Origin: Octopus sinensis
Lineage: Eukaryota
DNA length: 64,000 nucleotides
Direction of reading: 5' to 3'
NCBI RefSeq assembly: GCF_006345805.1
Contig: NC_043002.1
Span: 111,476,001 to 111,540,000 of the forward strand
Positions 41,501 to 53,084 of this stretch are shown here, piece after piece (within the stretch, counting starts at the first letter, position 1; each line of letters starts with the position of its first letter). Position numbers and translations under genes: made by a program. Below the pieces are notes generated by a model. It was not told the DNA's origin, searched no databases, and worked only from the letters and a program-made list of their open reading frames with translations.

Positions 41501-41585
41501 TATTATGTATGATGTAACTTTGGAAGGGACTTTACGAATGGGACAATTCATGAGTCATTTGATGTCATCCAAAGTGTCACATTGA
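35508..41585 (+). CDS. GTF3C1: General transcription factor IIIC subunit 1 (TFIIIC220/alpha, B-box-binding subunit); complete, intronless CDS, 2025 aa
   Basis: 2025-codon ORF. The N-terminus (DLLDEVALEGLDG...VQGSC...YCILERIGRSRYIGEL) and C-terminus (RPWRKPEGLLN...IMSKPGV...LQPVPIKELL...LEDIGC) match vertebrate GTF3C1 as recalled. Confidence 0.95.
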   Translation: MAADFVGDLLDEVALEGLDGTTLNTLWIRLKDRPNFAFKIDDQSKEFIWNSLVIQDQLQFYELPTDRLPLVTINHFDYQDPSTGQWIEAAKIVDCYPIEVVKDNPCVQGSCSTYSTRLNITNQIRSDDYQKLCSLEEAEALWGERMVIVASQNLRSMSLFGPDRDPNMRLLDLPYCILERIGRSRYIGELTRGHNSLAVFSDSPKLMFHYFKLLIRLSLVRKQVFAMTNVVNKQVHTRLLHLPRFYSEKKSRYMVLLERLTSYLKTKYSHQEEVAICKEDIGIDDQSFKKLCRASTRYVRIFNMNYRDMYPDSEVIENVKNKKYKEKTVRVIQMIREYGVEEDEDEEEIESDEEGEDTATVTKDEKNKSEPIKLLWERPFIQQANDLLECAGPGGMSLKDMMKCMNISTFESRSVLKYLTRTKASHSVMLDVGRQRKAMYISYKFANTSKLHMDLEKERNKMEQLIKSTPKLPFKSTPQQKGLTSEEKNKDSAPHTNSSGTNQQDATVDPVMNMQEEDDTKKPRLTSKVLQRTNWIIEAVQEAKLVDKTFALKNMILNKEKAMGESTQIDKKSVDRILRRLQKNGQIRLIKTIIKTDNKQKELTFICDPSITPDHQIVKSAIEQAKLKYFGVCKEHLRESERMKMNSRLLMKDMPPSVQDSVRKLHDHRSKMKACDMRYDPSYMRKYGVLPKFRKAETVHKLLWYLIYANRNKTPIPNDQIRKDPALEVKADPDSDITTTTTYDSPQALIPETDVDGNVEWNIKSTESVPPVYVDDNSWRRYLAPLPLHSGFQVGWCLISDVLLLLPLQLFCQIVSLPYKINGLKEFLADPVKRYYPITYLPFKLTQQLLYARRYIFTFYEVCTLLCQMGLLSFGDQVLKEKDQVFIYLHKNAKLVDTKSSVVGYCQVRPPEGQTFPIESFHLDSWEVLENYWFCFRVTALNTPLGRYHKVVDEVKWEEEHGVAPVSYSLSDAQSAKTPDTVVDNGAIPGDGLGAAGFDSSLFCHISRNWFWYAETSQWKNIVKEKRVDKKSSDVISPLHPTIFEENSLSQRLPRLFGPKRRLALDKSDEAAETFGKKNASENPNDKEGKSKFPLSKIPKPKKRKLFGYLNKGLKKKARKRTEIYDERDKLALKSKTKERVVWSQQEDSFLLLCKVANLFMENRRPNVLSRMIVSWTKIRDLLMDKYPDYAKDKTSKACQRRVSFVLKNPQTVLNVSAFLQEALHDSKLMEDFGYKRFKYVQDDETDKIFEDLVNRLIEKFSSDKYTQRCDLPNSLNQLNNNYILTQIGKWKKVSEPKDITRVDDIYATVLHNIIHSYLSLNDKQGRAHEMFRLFNQYPESLMNEVFSQMQSDRMITRVKRKVIKNKQKEADLSSLNTHQLSQKYNYYFISRFPPNLFSDIFEMVDLVESASTEGYNVSDVPKGGYAAFIVSIVGLQLAKFDVTIPDKIIVLDPEGLKSNPIGRGKVPKTNEPEDDSVAEGDLQVSENSPKSPANESSTECESVSQETQQSGRKRPREDSVNKDPLTDDDSGPSAPKSKPIPSNTSKPLVIRPHHLPRKTNARVSRVTLSLARSENITGLNLRELNPQDNFVINSCVVKISLLNSLLPKFHGNTEKDVLLVESASSSGDILWITEKVFKNIIRKQYQLVPQPEEVSTIWDNLQKQTSMSARDIGLLLQILSVIEREQSMGIRKYDLQYHFQNRWLQVKRCVNVLEKHQLILKVGVTVERYVSVKYSRPWIIHAFKNTRGRSDQNNIDDCFSDLLSSPEEEYTKSFTSLDESNIADSGASACDAALNALKQLEAECNSNCTLNLSYQSTPSCSSNSSTFGLPSNNRIPACTSQPPEQEFDNGEDDDVILLDNPSTAGHFSMSKRVKKKPARLALNEDSSCTAPSLSTYKKVRVLCRPWRKPEGLLNRNVLKMMLESLMFFIMSKPGVSEETIFAKYNPVLQPVPIKELLGLLEDIGCVSKTILRKPRWISVFSKTNSIEEVEEDHEGDVIMYDVTLEGTLRMGQFMSHLMSSKVSH

Positions 41586-41974
41586 TCTGTTACATAACTG
41601 ATGACAGATTTCTATTTTTACCTCAATTCCATATGGTCCAAAAGAACTTCCCCACTCCCCATTAAAAAAAGAATGGAATTTAAAAAAAATCATATAAAAA
41701 AGAGAACTTCATTTGCTGCATTACTCCAATATTTGGATTTACACAAAAGAAAAAGAAAAGAAAAAAGTAATCTTCACTTGTTTTTGTCCATTATTTCATA
41801 AGAAAAAGAATCTTGTAGTTTTTAGGACCTGGTTTCTATGTATGCATGGCCTGACATATGTGGAAACAATACACCACAGTGGAAATACACAATTTTTCCT
41901 CAATTTCAAATCATTTCATTAACTTGTGACTCATCTGTGTATCAATATATAATTATTTAGATCATAAAACAGTA

Positions 41975-42000
41975 AATAAAAGCACTTGTTTCATTTTTTT
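41975..42000 (+). terminator. Candidate polyadenylation signal of GTF3C1
   Basis: AATAAA at 41975-41980 followed by a GT/T-rich tract, about 390 nt after the stop codon. Confidence 0.5.
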
Positions 42001-42346
42001 TAATTACTCAAAAACAAATTTTTTATTTATCTGTCAGCAGTTAATGTATTCACAGTTTAATATTTGCTTTTGTTTCTGTTGATGTCTTGTATTTTGTCAT
42101 AGTATGCTGTGGCATATGTCATTGAGGTAGCTCTAATTCTATAGTTGAATCTTAATGTCGTCTTCTCCAGACTCAATGCTGTAAACCAATAGAACCCTCA
42201 TAAATTATACAGTACCCTCATTTTAACTCCAGACCAGTTCTGATTGACCACGCCTATGATCAAATGGTGTTCCAACCATGGCTATTCTGCTATTTTGTAT
42301 ATTAGGAACTACATTATCTTTATGTTGGTAGAGAATTATTTGAGGG

Positions 42347-42815
42347 ATCATCATCATCATCATCATCGTTTAACGTCCGCTTTCCATGCTAGCATGGGTT
42401 GGACGGTTCAACTGGGGTCTGGGAAGCCCGAAGGCTGCACCAGGCCAGTCAGATCTGGCAGTGTTTCTACAGCTGGATGCCCTTCCTAACACCAACCACT
42501 CCGTGAGTGTAGTGGGTGCTTTTTATGTTCCACCGACACAGGTGCCAGACGAGGGTGGCGAACGGCCACGCTCGGATGGTGTTTTTCTATGTGCCACCGA
42601 CACAGGTGCCAGACGAGGCTGGCGAACGGCCACGCTTGGATGGTGTTTTTTATGTGCCACCGACACAGGTGCCAGACGAGGCTGGCGAACGGCCACGCTT
42701 GGATGGTGTTTTTTATGTGCCACCGACACAGGTGCCAGACGAGGCTGGCGAACGGCCACGCTCGGATGGTGTTTTTTATGTGCCACCGACACAGGTGCCA
42801 GACGAGGCTGGCGAA
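42347..42815 (-). mobile_element. Family D copy with a 63-bp tandem expansion (about 4.6 units, 42527-42815)
   Basis: Unit starts at 42527, 42591, 42654, 42717, 42780. Confidence 0.85.
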
Positions 42816-43099
42816 TTATTACTTGCAAGTTGAATAATTGTGTAGAGACTCCCTTTGCTTCACTTTGGTGCCAAATTAAAGCTAGGTTCATTGCTCTAGC
42901 AAGAAACGAATATCTAAGCCATGGACATATTTCAGTGTCTGAAGAAATTTAAATGGTTTAATCATTACCCCTTGAGAATTCAACCAGATTAAGACTAAGA
43001 CTGTAACTGAATTAAATTTCAGTGTCTGATTTATGTTAGATTTGTGTGGTTGCTCTTTTTAATCATCAGCATCATCAATATTTTGCAGTTTATTTTTAA

Positions 43100-43497
43100 C
43101 TAGCAGTATCGCCCGGCGTTGCTCGGGTTTGTAAGGGAAATAACTATATAAGCATTTTTAGAGATGTAAAGTATAATAGCCATCTCAATATGGCTAACCA
43201 CAAAGGGGGGGGGTGTTACTGTAGCTTTTTACATTCTGAGATTTAATAATAAATTTTTAGATAGTTACTTCCCTTATATATGCCAAAAATGCATTAAAAA
43301 TGTGAAAAATTGATGGTAAATTTTTTTTAAAATCGTAGACTCATCGTAGACGCGCGCTAATACCCAGAAGGGCTCGATATGAATCACGACTATAAAATAC
43401 CTGGTTTTGGTTAAACTGCACCGCGAAATGTGGGAGTAGTTAGGAATCTAAATCGTAGGAGACAGACAGCACACAACCTCTCTTTTATATATAAAGA
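43100..43497 (-). mobile_element. Helitron family E
   Basis: TC...CTAG, hairpin, A^T target. Confidence 0.85.
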
Positions 43498-44318
43498 TGC
43501 TAACAAGAGTTCAGTAAGTTTATATAGTTCTATGTGTTTCAGTCTGATGTCATCTTGTTAGTGAGGCCTAAAGTTGTTAGCTTTTCTTAATTTTCTAATA
43601 AGATTTTCCTTAGATCTCTGAGTCAAATCTCCTGTTTAGCTTCTTAATACCAACTGCCTAAGATTACCCATCATCATCATAGGATCCGTTTTTTTTTTTC
43701 CATGCTTCCATGAGTCAGATGGAATTCTGTGAGGAAGATTTTTTTTTGCTGCCAGATGCCCTTCTAATCACCATTTCCTTCTGAATAAGGTAATATTTCT
43801 CCATAGGAAGGCATCGTGCTGGCAGAATCATTACTGAGTTGAGCAAATTGCATAGCGGCATTTTGACTGTCTTTAGATTCTGATTTCAAATTCTGCAGGA
43901 GTCAGCTTCGCCTTTCATCCTTTTGGGGCCAATAAAATAAGTACCAGTTGAGCACTGGGGTTGATGTAATCAACTTGACCCCACCTTTGAAACTACTGGC
44001 CTTGTGCCAAAATTTGAATCCAATATTTTTCCATAGCCAGACATGGAATCATATAGAAGCTTGGAAACAAAGAACACTGCTTGTATGACAGTGATGCTTG
44101 TTTACAGCTTTCATGCGAAGTTAAGACAGGGAGACAGTAATGCATGCACACACACACGATAGGATTCTTTTAGGTTGTCTTTATTAGAACCATTCACAAG
44201 GCTTTGACTGATCACAGGCTATAGCAGAAGGCACTTGCCAAAGATATCACGCAGTGGGACTGAACCCAAAATTCCTCATCACTTAACCACATCTGTGCAT
44301 ACATATGAGTGTGTGTAT

Positions 44319-44354
<36 letters not shown>

Positions 44355-44532
44355 TTGATGTATATATGTGTGTCTGTGTTGTGTGCTGATAAGAAGATCA
44401 TTAATAGTGTGGATGCAGCAAGACAATTATCAAAGAGAGAAAAAAACACATGCAAATAAATATATATATATATACATCACCATCATTAAATGATGAAAAT
44501 GATAATGACATTCTATTTATTTATTTATTTAT

Positions 44533-44903
44533 TTATTTTTTACTTGTTTCAGTCATTTGTCTGCGGCCATGCTGGAGCACCGCCTTTAGTCGAGCAAATC
44601 GACCCCGGGACTTATTCTTTGTAAGCCCAGTACTTATTCTATCGGTCTCTTTTGCCGAACCGCTAAGTGATAGGGACCAGCATCGGTTGTGAAGCAATGC
44701 TAGGGGGACAAACACAAACACACACATACATATACATATATACGACAGGCTTCTTTCAGTTTCCGTCTACCAAATCCACTCACAAGGCATTGGTCGGCCC
44801 GAGGCTATAGCAGAAGACACTTGCCCAAGATGCCACGCAGTGGGACTGAACCCGCAACCATGTTGTTGGTTAGCAAGCTACTTACCACACAGCCACTCCT
44901 GCG
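44533..44903 (-). mobile_element. SINE-A
   Basis: Reverse complement of the consensus. Confidence 0.85.
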
Positions 44904-45441
44904 TAATATATATATATATTACGAAATCTTTTTTTCTTGGTGTGTCTCAGTCTTACTGCATCCAATACTGTGGATTTGGGCAATTACAGCCTCTAAATTA
45001 ATTTCATTTGAATTACGTATCGCAATTCTACAGTTGTAAATTCAAAAATGCTCATCACAATGAAATAACTGCTGAACACAAAATACGAACTACATGTGAA
45101 GTCTACACTTTCGTGCGCACACACGCACACATACATATACACACACTTAGAAACATAAATGTACGATGCTACACATACATACACATCGCACTTAACATTC
45201 TACACATATAAATATATACACAAATTTACATCAGAATCTTGATCAAGATAATCATGATTCAATAAATATAATATATATGTATATAATGTATGTGTGTATG
45301 TATGCATGTATATATATATATATATTTATGTATGTATGAATATGTATGTATGTATATATATAAATATATAATGTATAAATATGTATGTATATATATGTAT
45401 GTATGATATATATATATATAAATATATAATGTATAAATATG

Positions 45442-45473
<32 letters not shown>

Positions 45474-45626
45474 ATGTATGTATATATGTATATGTATATA
45501 CATGTATGTCTATATATATGTGTGTATATATATGTGTAAATATAGATATGTTTATATATATGTATATTTATGTATATATGTTTATGTATATACATTTATA
45601 TATATGTATGTATATATATTTATGTA

Positions 45627-46628
45627 TCTTTATATATATAAAACTGAGAATGTGTCTGTCTGTCTGTGTGTTTCCCTAAAACTTGAAAACTACACAACCA
45701 ATTTCATTCAAATTTTACACATGCCTTACTTAGGGTCCATGTAGTTTCATGGGCAAAAAAAATGTTCAACTTCTTGCCTAGATCGAGCCCATAGCAATAT
45801 CATATCTTCTCCACTATTTCAGTATTATGTGTTAAAAGTGAAACAAAAACATTTCTCTATTTTATGTCAGATACTTTCAATTTAACAATAAAAATAATAA
45901 TAACAATTGAATTGTATGTAGTAACTAATAATTAAAATCAAACTAAAGTATAATATAATCGTAACATAACAAAAGTAAAAATAGCAATTGGTATAAAATT
46001 GCATCAATGACTTGAACTTGAATAAGTGGTTTCACATGAATGGGAATAAATTAAAAATAAAATTAGCGTGCAGAAATGGAATAGTCCAGATGGATAATAA
46101 AAAATTAAATTAAAGAAAAGACTATTGTCTATAAAGTATACAATGTAGAGAAAAAAGATTTGAACACATGGAGGAAAGCACCATCGAAAAGTGTCTTGGT
46201 GCGACTATGAAAGGTATCTAATCAGAGGCGGTAAATTTGCCACAATAGAAGCAAGGTTCGAGTCAACGGAGCGTGCAAGGGCGTACTCGACTCGAACTTG
46301 CAAGTATTTTATTTTATTTTTACCTTTATATCTGGGACGTCCCGGAAAAAAATTTTAAATGCCCCCCCCCCCTTCCGAGGTAGAGGTAGGCTGGATTGTA
46401 GCCACACTTCTAAACAAGAGGGAGGACAAGATACAATTGATCGAAATCGCAAGAGACGGGCTAACAATTCCAGTCTGTTATATATTTTGAGTATTATTAT
46501 CACTAGCGATATCAAGATATAACTTTGTATTTTGTATTTTATGTGTAGATGTATATATATAGATCCACTATGTACATATATATACATGCACTAGCACTAT
46601 GACCTGGCAACGACGGGTCTATACTTGG
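45627..46628 (+). mobile_element. About 1-kb non-autonomous Helitron-like element (family G)
   Basis: A^TCtttatatatataaaa start; 3' hairpin ctagcactatgacc.ggcaacg.cgggtc shared with family F; decayed CTAG end. Confidence 0.6.
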
Positions 46629-47532
46629 TAAAAGGAAGAAAATGGGTATACAACAGACGCATAAATCAACTAAAAACAAGATTTGTTGAGAGCGAACCCA
46701 AGAGAATAGAAGAACCAATGAAATGGTTATATGATACTTTTTATGTACCAACACCACTACAAATAATTGAACCCAGAAAATGTATGGAGTTCCAGGAAGT
46801 GGATGCCAAAAAAAAAAAATTTTTAATTTGTAACTGTATGAAAAAAAAACTCAAAAAAGAGAGGTGGAATGATGTAAAAATTATTGTTAATAAAAAGAAA
46901 TAAAATTACATTCCCTAGAAAAAATCTTAAAAGGGGAGATGTTGTGGGGATAATAATAATAATGGAACACCCTCCCATGTGATGAGTGGTATGTGCCACT
47001 CGTTACAAATACTGTGATGTAGGAAGTTGTGAGGTCAAGAAGTTGGCGAAGTTGGTCATAAAAAGTCGTGTCTTTACTTGTCTAACTCCCTATACTACTA
47101 TACCAGAGTGGAAGTTATAACAATCTGATGTTGGATAACAATTTTGCCCAGTGTGATTCTGCCAGCCTGCTGCCTTAATAATAATAATAATAATAATCCT
47201 TTCTACTAAAGGCACAAGGCCTGAAATTTTTTTGGGGGGTACTAGTCAATTACATTGACCCCCGTACATGACTGGTACTTATTTTATCGATCCTGATTGG
47301 ATGAAAGGTCAAGTCAGCCTTAGTGGGTGAAATGTCACTAAACATTTTGCCTGCTGTGTTAATGATTCTGCCAGCTCACTACCTTAATAATAATAATAAT
47401 GATAATAATAATAATAACAATCCTTTCTACTAAAGGCACAAGGCCTGAAATTTGGGGGAGGGGTTAAGTCAATTACATCAACCCCAGTACTCAACTGGTA
47501 CTTAATTTATCAACTTGGTATTAATTTATCAA

Positions 47533-47763
47533 GGCAGCGAGCTGGCAGAAACGTTAGCACGCCGGGCGAAATGCGTAGCCGTATTTCATCTGCCGTTACG
47601 TTCTGAGTTCAAATTCTGCCGAGGTCAACTTTGCCTTTCATCCTCTCAGGGTCGATAAATTAAGTACCAGTTACGCACTTGGGTCGATGTAATCGACTTA
47701 ATACCTATGTCTGTCCTTGTTTGTCACCTCTGTGTTTAGCCCCTTGTGGGTAGTAAAGAAATA
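47533..47763 (+). mobile_element. SINE-B nested in an older (AAT)n-tailed Nin-like SINE cluster (about 47150-47850, minus strand)
   Basis: TSD ggtacttaatttatcaa at 47497-47513 and 47764-47780. Confidence 0.85.
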
Positions 47764-48479
47764 GGTACTTAATTTATCAACCCTGAAAGGATGAAAGGCA
47801 AAGTCAGCTTTGGTGGTGGAATTTGAAATAATAATAATAATAATAATAACAGCAAACCCACAGCCTCAAGAGATCAGTGGCATTTATCACAGAGAAATGA
47901 AAAGAAGATAATGCAAATAACTGTTGACAGTTTTATGGCGTTTAGCTGTTTAGCTGGGTAAAATGCTATTTGGTAGATACAGCTGTAAAACAAAGATGAA
48001 GGCAGACCATCGGTTGAGTGTTGCTGCATACACACACATGTACATAAGTCCATTTACCTATGCACACACACACAGCCTCATATACCCAAATACAAGAACA
48101 CTTACCTGTATGGCTGTACCAGCACCAACACATGTAGAAGTATGTATATTGCATCCACATGCATACAACCACACACAATTCTAAAATATAGGCTATGTAG
48201 CCAAGCAGAATTTTCTTGATATCACCAAGACTTACACACAACTAAAGCCTTGTGATTCTACCATGTAGATAAAGTCGTCATGTCGTAGATGCAGGTGTGG
48301 TTGTGTAGTAAGAAGCTTCCTTCCCAACCATATGGTTCCAGGTTCAGTTCTACTGGGTGAGTGGATTTGGTAGACAGAAACTGAAAGAAATCCATCATGT
48401 ATGCATATACAAGGTGATTGAAAAGTAACTCCCTATTTTAAAATACCTATAATTTATTTATTAACTGTAATTTTTAGAA

Positions 48480-48871
48480 GGCTGTGTGGTAAGTAGCTTG
48501 CTAACCAACCACATGGTTGCGGGTTCAGTCCCACTGCGTGGCATCTTGGGCAAGTGTCTTCTGCTATAGCCTCGGGCCGACCAATGCCTTGTGAGTGGAT
48601 TTGGTAGACGGAAACTGAAAGAAGCCTGTCGTATATATGCATATATATATGTGTATGTATTTGTGTGTCTGTGTTTGTCCCCCTAGCATTGCTTGACAAC
48701 TGATACTGGTGTGTTTACGTCCCTGTCACTTAGCGGTTCGGCAAAAGAGACCGATAGAATAAGTACTAGGCTTCCAAAGAATAAGTCCCGGGGTCGATTT
48801 GCTCAACTAAAGGCGGTGCTCCAGCATGGCCGCAGTCAAATGACTGAAACAGGTAAAAGAGTAAAGAGAGT
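48480..48871 (+). mobile_element. SINE-A
   Basis: Consensus match. Confidence 0.85.
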
Positions 48872-48959
48872 ATGTGAAGAAAGTGTTTAGCATGAAGTTT
48901 TATTTAAAATTCGATATATGCACCCGGATTCGCCACCAGTTTCTCAACCCACCCAGGAA

Positions 48960-49340
48960 CTACATCAACTGATTTCACCTGAAATTCTTGTGGGATGGAG
49001 GACATAACTTCTTGTATTCACCATTCAAGTTCTTCCAAAATTGTTGGTTTGGTAGAATAGACATGCTCCTTTAAATTCCCTCAACCCCCCCAAAAAGTAG
49101 CAGCATATTAAATCAGGGTTTCTGGCTGGCCAATCATGTGGACCTTGAAGAATTGGAAGAATGACTGCTTCTTTGAGTATCAGCTACAAATCCTGTAGTC
49201 ATGAATTTTGCATGGCAATTCTTGATTGTCTTTGCATCAACTTGAGCATGTCTTTCTCTAATGGTCCTTCACCACTTTTGCACTTGAACAATTGATCTTC
49301 AAACTACATGAGGTGCCTCTAGCTGGGCTCACTCCTGCAC
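48960..49340 (-). pseudogene. Decayed Tc1/mariner-superfamily transposase fragment
   Basis: Minus strand contains WPARNPDL (WPxRSPDL-like) and KTIKNCHAKFMTTGFVAD. Confidence 0.5.
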
Positions 49341-50206
49341 ATCCAGCCATGTTTGTAGGGCTTCTAAATTTCAAACAAAATAATTGATCTGAAAAAAACA
49401 AAAAAAAAACAACATAGAATCAATTCTCATTAAAGAAAATACACAACAAATTTGAGAAAAAAATTATAGTTAATAAATAAATTATAAGTATTTTAAAATA
49501 GGGAGTTATTTTCCAATCACTATTTATATGTGTGTGTGTGTGTGTGTGTGCACGTGTGCATATCTTTGTGTCAGTATTTTTAAAAGACCCTCCCCCCCAT
49601 ACACACTGCTTGACAAATAGTGATGGTGTGTTTATGTCCCTGTAATTTAGTGGTTCAGCATAAAAGGCCAATAGAATAGGTACCAGGCTTGAAAAGAAAA
49701 TAAGTTCTGGGGTCAATTAATTTGCCTAAAAATCCTTCAAGGTGGTGCTCCAGCATGGCCATGATCTAGTGACTAAAACAAGTAAAAAAATAAACAATAT
49801 CATCATCATCATCATCATCATCCTTTAACATAAGTATTCCTTTATTGGCATGGGTTGGATGGTTTGACTGAGGGCTGGTGAGCCAGAAGACTGCACCAGC
49901 TTCTGGGTCTGATTTTGCTTGGTTTCTATCACTGGATGCTGCCCTTCCTAACATGCCAACCACTTTACAGTGTGTGCTGGGTGCTCTTAATGTGGCACCA
50001 GCATGAGTGCATTTATATGGCATTGGCACGAGCGCTTTTTATGTGGCACATAATATTCAGATAATCTAATACATCAGATTGTCTGATTATTGGCTATTTC
50101 GTGGATTACAACACCCACTATAATGATTTTAGACACGTGATTATGTTCTTCCGACGTGAACACACTGTGAATGAGTGGATGGGGTTTTAAGTGAATGTTT
50201 ACTATG

Positions 50207-50463
50207 CTTTGCTGACTTGCACGTAAAAAGCACCATCCATCCGTGGCCGTTTGCCAGCTCCGTCTGGCACCTGTGCAGGTGGCACGTAAAAAGCACCCAC
50301 TACACTCACGGAGTGGTTGGCGTTAGGAAGGGCATCCAGCCGTAGAAACACTGCCAGATCAGACTGGGCCTGATGCAGCCTTCTGGCTTCACAGACCCCA
50401 GTTGAACCGTCCAACCCATGCTAGCATGGAAAGCGGACGCTAAATGATGATGATGGTGATGAT
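50207..50463 (+). mobile_element. Family D (an older inverted copy lies at about 49797-50050)
   Basis: Consensus match. Confidence 0.8.
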
Positions 50464-50730
50464 GATTCATGCTGACTTTACCTGCATGGCAATATCTCAG
50501 GGTTTTAGTTGTGTATGTATGTTAGATAGTATCTTAAGTTGCTGTTTTACTGTGACAACAGCCCACGTGCTTGTATACATGTATGTGTGTGCATACTTCT
50601 ACACATTAAGTACAGGGATGGAATGTGGATAACTTTTTCTGTGCCCAAACCTTTTGGTGACATGTCACATGCCTTTTGGTGCACCTTTTAAAGTGTGTGT
50701 ATGTATGTATCATCATGATTATCATCATAT

Positions 50731-51156
50731 ATATAATATAATGAAATTATTGTATACAGTGCTCAGATGCACCACAACTTGTCAGAAAGTGCGTATAAAG
50801 TATATGCGGTAATGTAAAAATGTCTGGAAAGCGAACAATGTATGAGTCAGATACATGCTTGTGTGTGTATGGAGGGTAGAAAATCAGGTGTAGTGTTGGC
50901 GAATCTCAGAAAGCATGGAAGTTTTGAAGGATGCAGTGCTCCGACAACTAACAACTGATGCCAGCAGTTTGTTCCATGCTTCAGCAACTCTTAGCGTGAA
51001 AAAATGTTTCCGAAAGTCATGGGAGCTGTGCTGTTTTCTGACTTTGTAAATATGTCCACGGGTGTTAGACGGGTGGAGTTTGAAAAGGTGCTCAGAGTTA
51101 TTGTTTGTACGATGGTTAATAATTTTATGGGCGTCTGCCAAGTCAGTTGCCAGACG
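50731..51156 (-). mobile_element. CR1-clade LINE 3' fragment
   Basis: NTRGHIYKVRK...RKHFFTLRVAEAWNKL...FKT* is a CR1-type ORF2 C-terminus, followed by a short UTR and an ATT-type tail. Confidence 0.8.
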
Positions 51157-51406
51157 TCATGATCATCAATATCATTGTCATCATCGTTTAGTGTCTAATT
51201 TCCATTCTAGCAAGGGTTGGATGGTCCGACAGTAGCTGGAAAGCCAGAGGACTATGTCGAGCTCTACCGTCTGATTTGGCATAACAGAGGGACAGGACAG
51301 AGTATTTTATTGTACAAGAGATACATGGTTACCCCAGTTGGAGAGAGAGAGAGAGAAGATAATGGTGACAATATGTCAGGGCATACCTTCAAGGTACAGT
51401 GAGGTG

Positions 51407-51628
51407 GTAGAAACGTTAGCACGCCGGGCGAATTGCTTAGTGGGTATTTCGTCTGCCGCTGCATTCTGAGTTCAAATTCCGCCAAGGTCGACTTTGCTTT
51501 CCATCCTTTCGGGGTCGATTAAATAAGTACCAGTTACGCACCGAGGTCGATATACTCGACTTAATCCGTTTGTCTATCCTTGTTTGTCTCCTCTCTGTGT
51601 TTAGCCCCTTGTGGGTAGTAAAGAAATA
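51407..51628 (+). mobile_element. SINE-B
   Basis: TSD ggtacagtgaggtg at 51393-51406 and 51629-51642. Confidence 0.9.
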
Positions 51629-52244
51629 GGTACAGTGAGGTGAATGTAAGTGAAGTGGTAGAATGTAAGCTGAGAGATACACACATACACATTATGTGTG
51701 GCTATAAAGTTAACTTCCTAGTCCCACGGCTTTAAATTTGCACCTTGGGCAAGTATCATTTGCTATAACCCTGTGTTGACCAAAGCCTTATGAGTAAATT
51801 AGGTAAGTGGAAACTGAAAAGAAGCTTGTTGTATGTATGTGTGTTTCTCTCTACTTATCTTGACACCATGAGCTAATTCTAAACAATCATCAGTTACAAA
51901 ATGTGTGCTGTTTGTTTGCAATTTCCCATGAATGTATGACTGACCTAGGAGAAATATTACCTGACTTGAAAATAGGTGATGGTTGGTGACGAGAAGAGCA
52001 GCTGGTCATAGAAAATCTACCTCAACGACTTCTAATTTGATTTATGCAAGCTTGGAAAAAAAACCAGCTATTAAAATGATGATGACGACAGTGATATATA
52101 TATTGGTGTTAGGAAGGTCATCAAGCCATAGAAAACTATGCCAAATCAGAATGGAGTCTGTTGCAGCCCCCACTGGAAGGTCAGCCCAATCAAACCATCC
52201 AACCCATGCCAGCATAGACAATGGACATTAAATGATGATGATGA

Positions 52245-52289
<45 letters not shown>

Positions 52290-52312
52290 TATATATATAT
52301 ACATATATACAT

Positions 52313-52674
52313 AGGCGTAGGAGTGGCTGTGTGGTAAGTAGCTTGCTAACCAACCACATGGTTCTGGGTTCAGTCCCACTGCGTGGCATCTTGGGCAAGT
52401 GTCTTCTGCTATAGCCCCGGGCCGACCAATGCCTTGTGAGTGGATTTGGTAGACGGAAACTGAAAGAAGCCTGTCGTATATATGTTTGTGTGTCTGTGTT
52501 TGTCCCCCTAGCATTGCTTGACAACTGATGCTGGTGTGTCTACGTCCCCGTCACTTAGCGGTTCGGTAAAAGAGACCGATAGAATAAGTCCCGGGGTCGA
52601 TTTGCTCGACTAAAGGCAGTGCTCCAGCATGGTCGCAGTCAAAATGACTGAAACAAGGAAAAAAAAAAAAAAGA

Positions 52675-52675
<1 letters not shown>
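52313..52675 (+). mobile_element. SINE-A, followed by a (TA)n tract to about 52905
   Basis: Consensus match. Confidence 0.85.
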
Positions 52676-52724
<49 letters not shown>

Positions 52725-52745
52725 TACACATATATATATATATAT

Positions 52746-52789
<44 letters not shown>

Positions 52790-52792
52790 CAC

Positions 52793-52825
<33 letters not shown>

Positions 52826-52829
52826 ATAT

Positions 52830-52890
<61 letters not shown>

Positions 52891-53084
52891 TATATATATA
52901 TATATGGTGGCTGCCCCCTCGTTATCGAGTATGGCCATTGCACGAAGCTTAATCAATGTTGTTATCGTGCAATGCCTGTGCAAGAAGATTTTTTTTTTTA
53001 AAGTGAGGAAAGGCTGTGCACTGAGTCAATCCCACTCACTAAGCAACAGCAGCCATAATCTGAAAAGAAGAACAAGTCAACATC

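Noticed and set aside
36503-41551. Antisense and alternate-frame ORFs within GTF3C1
   Set aside because: Short shadow ORFs of a long coding exon with no recognisable domains
42527-42815. CRISPR-like regular repeat and ORFs 42386-42952
   Set aside because: Units are contiguous and near-identical with no unique spacers; eukaryotic context, no cas genes; derived from a LINE UTR module
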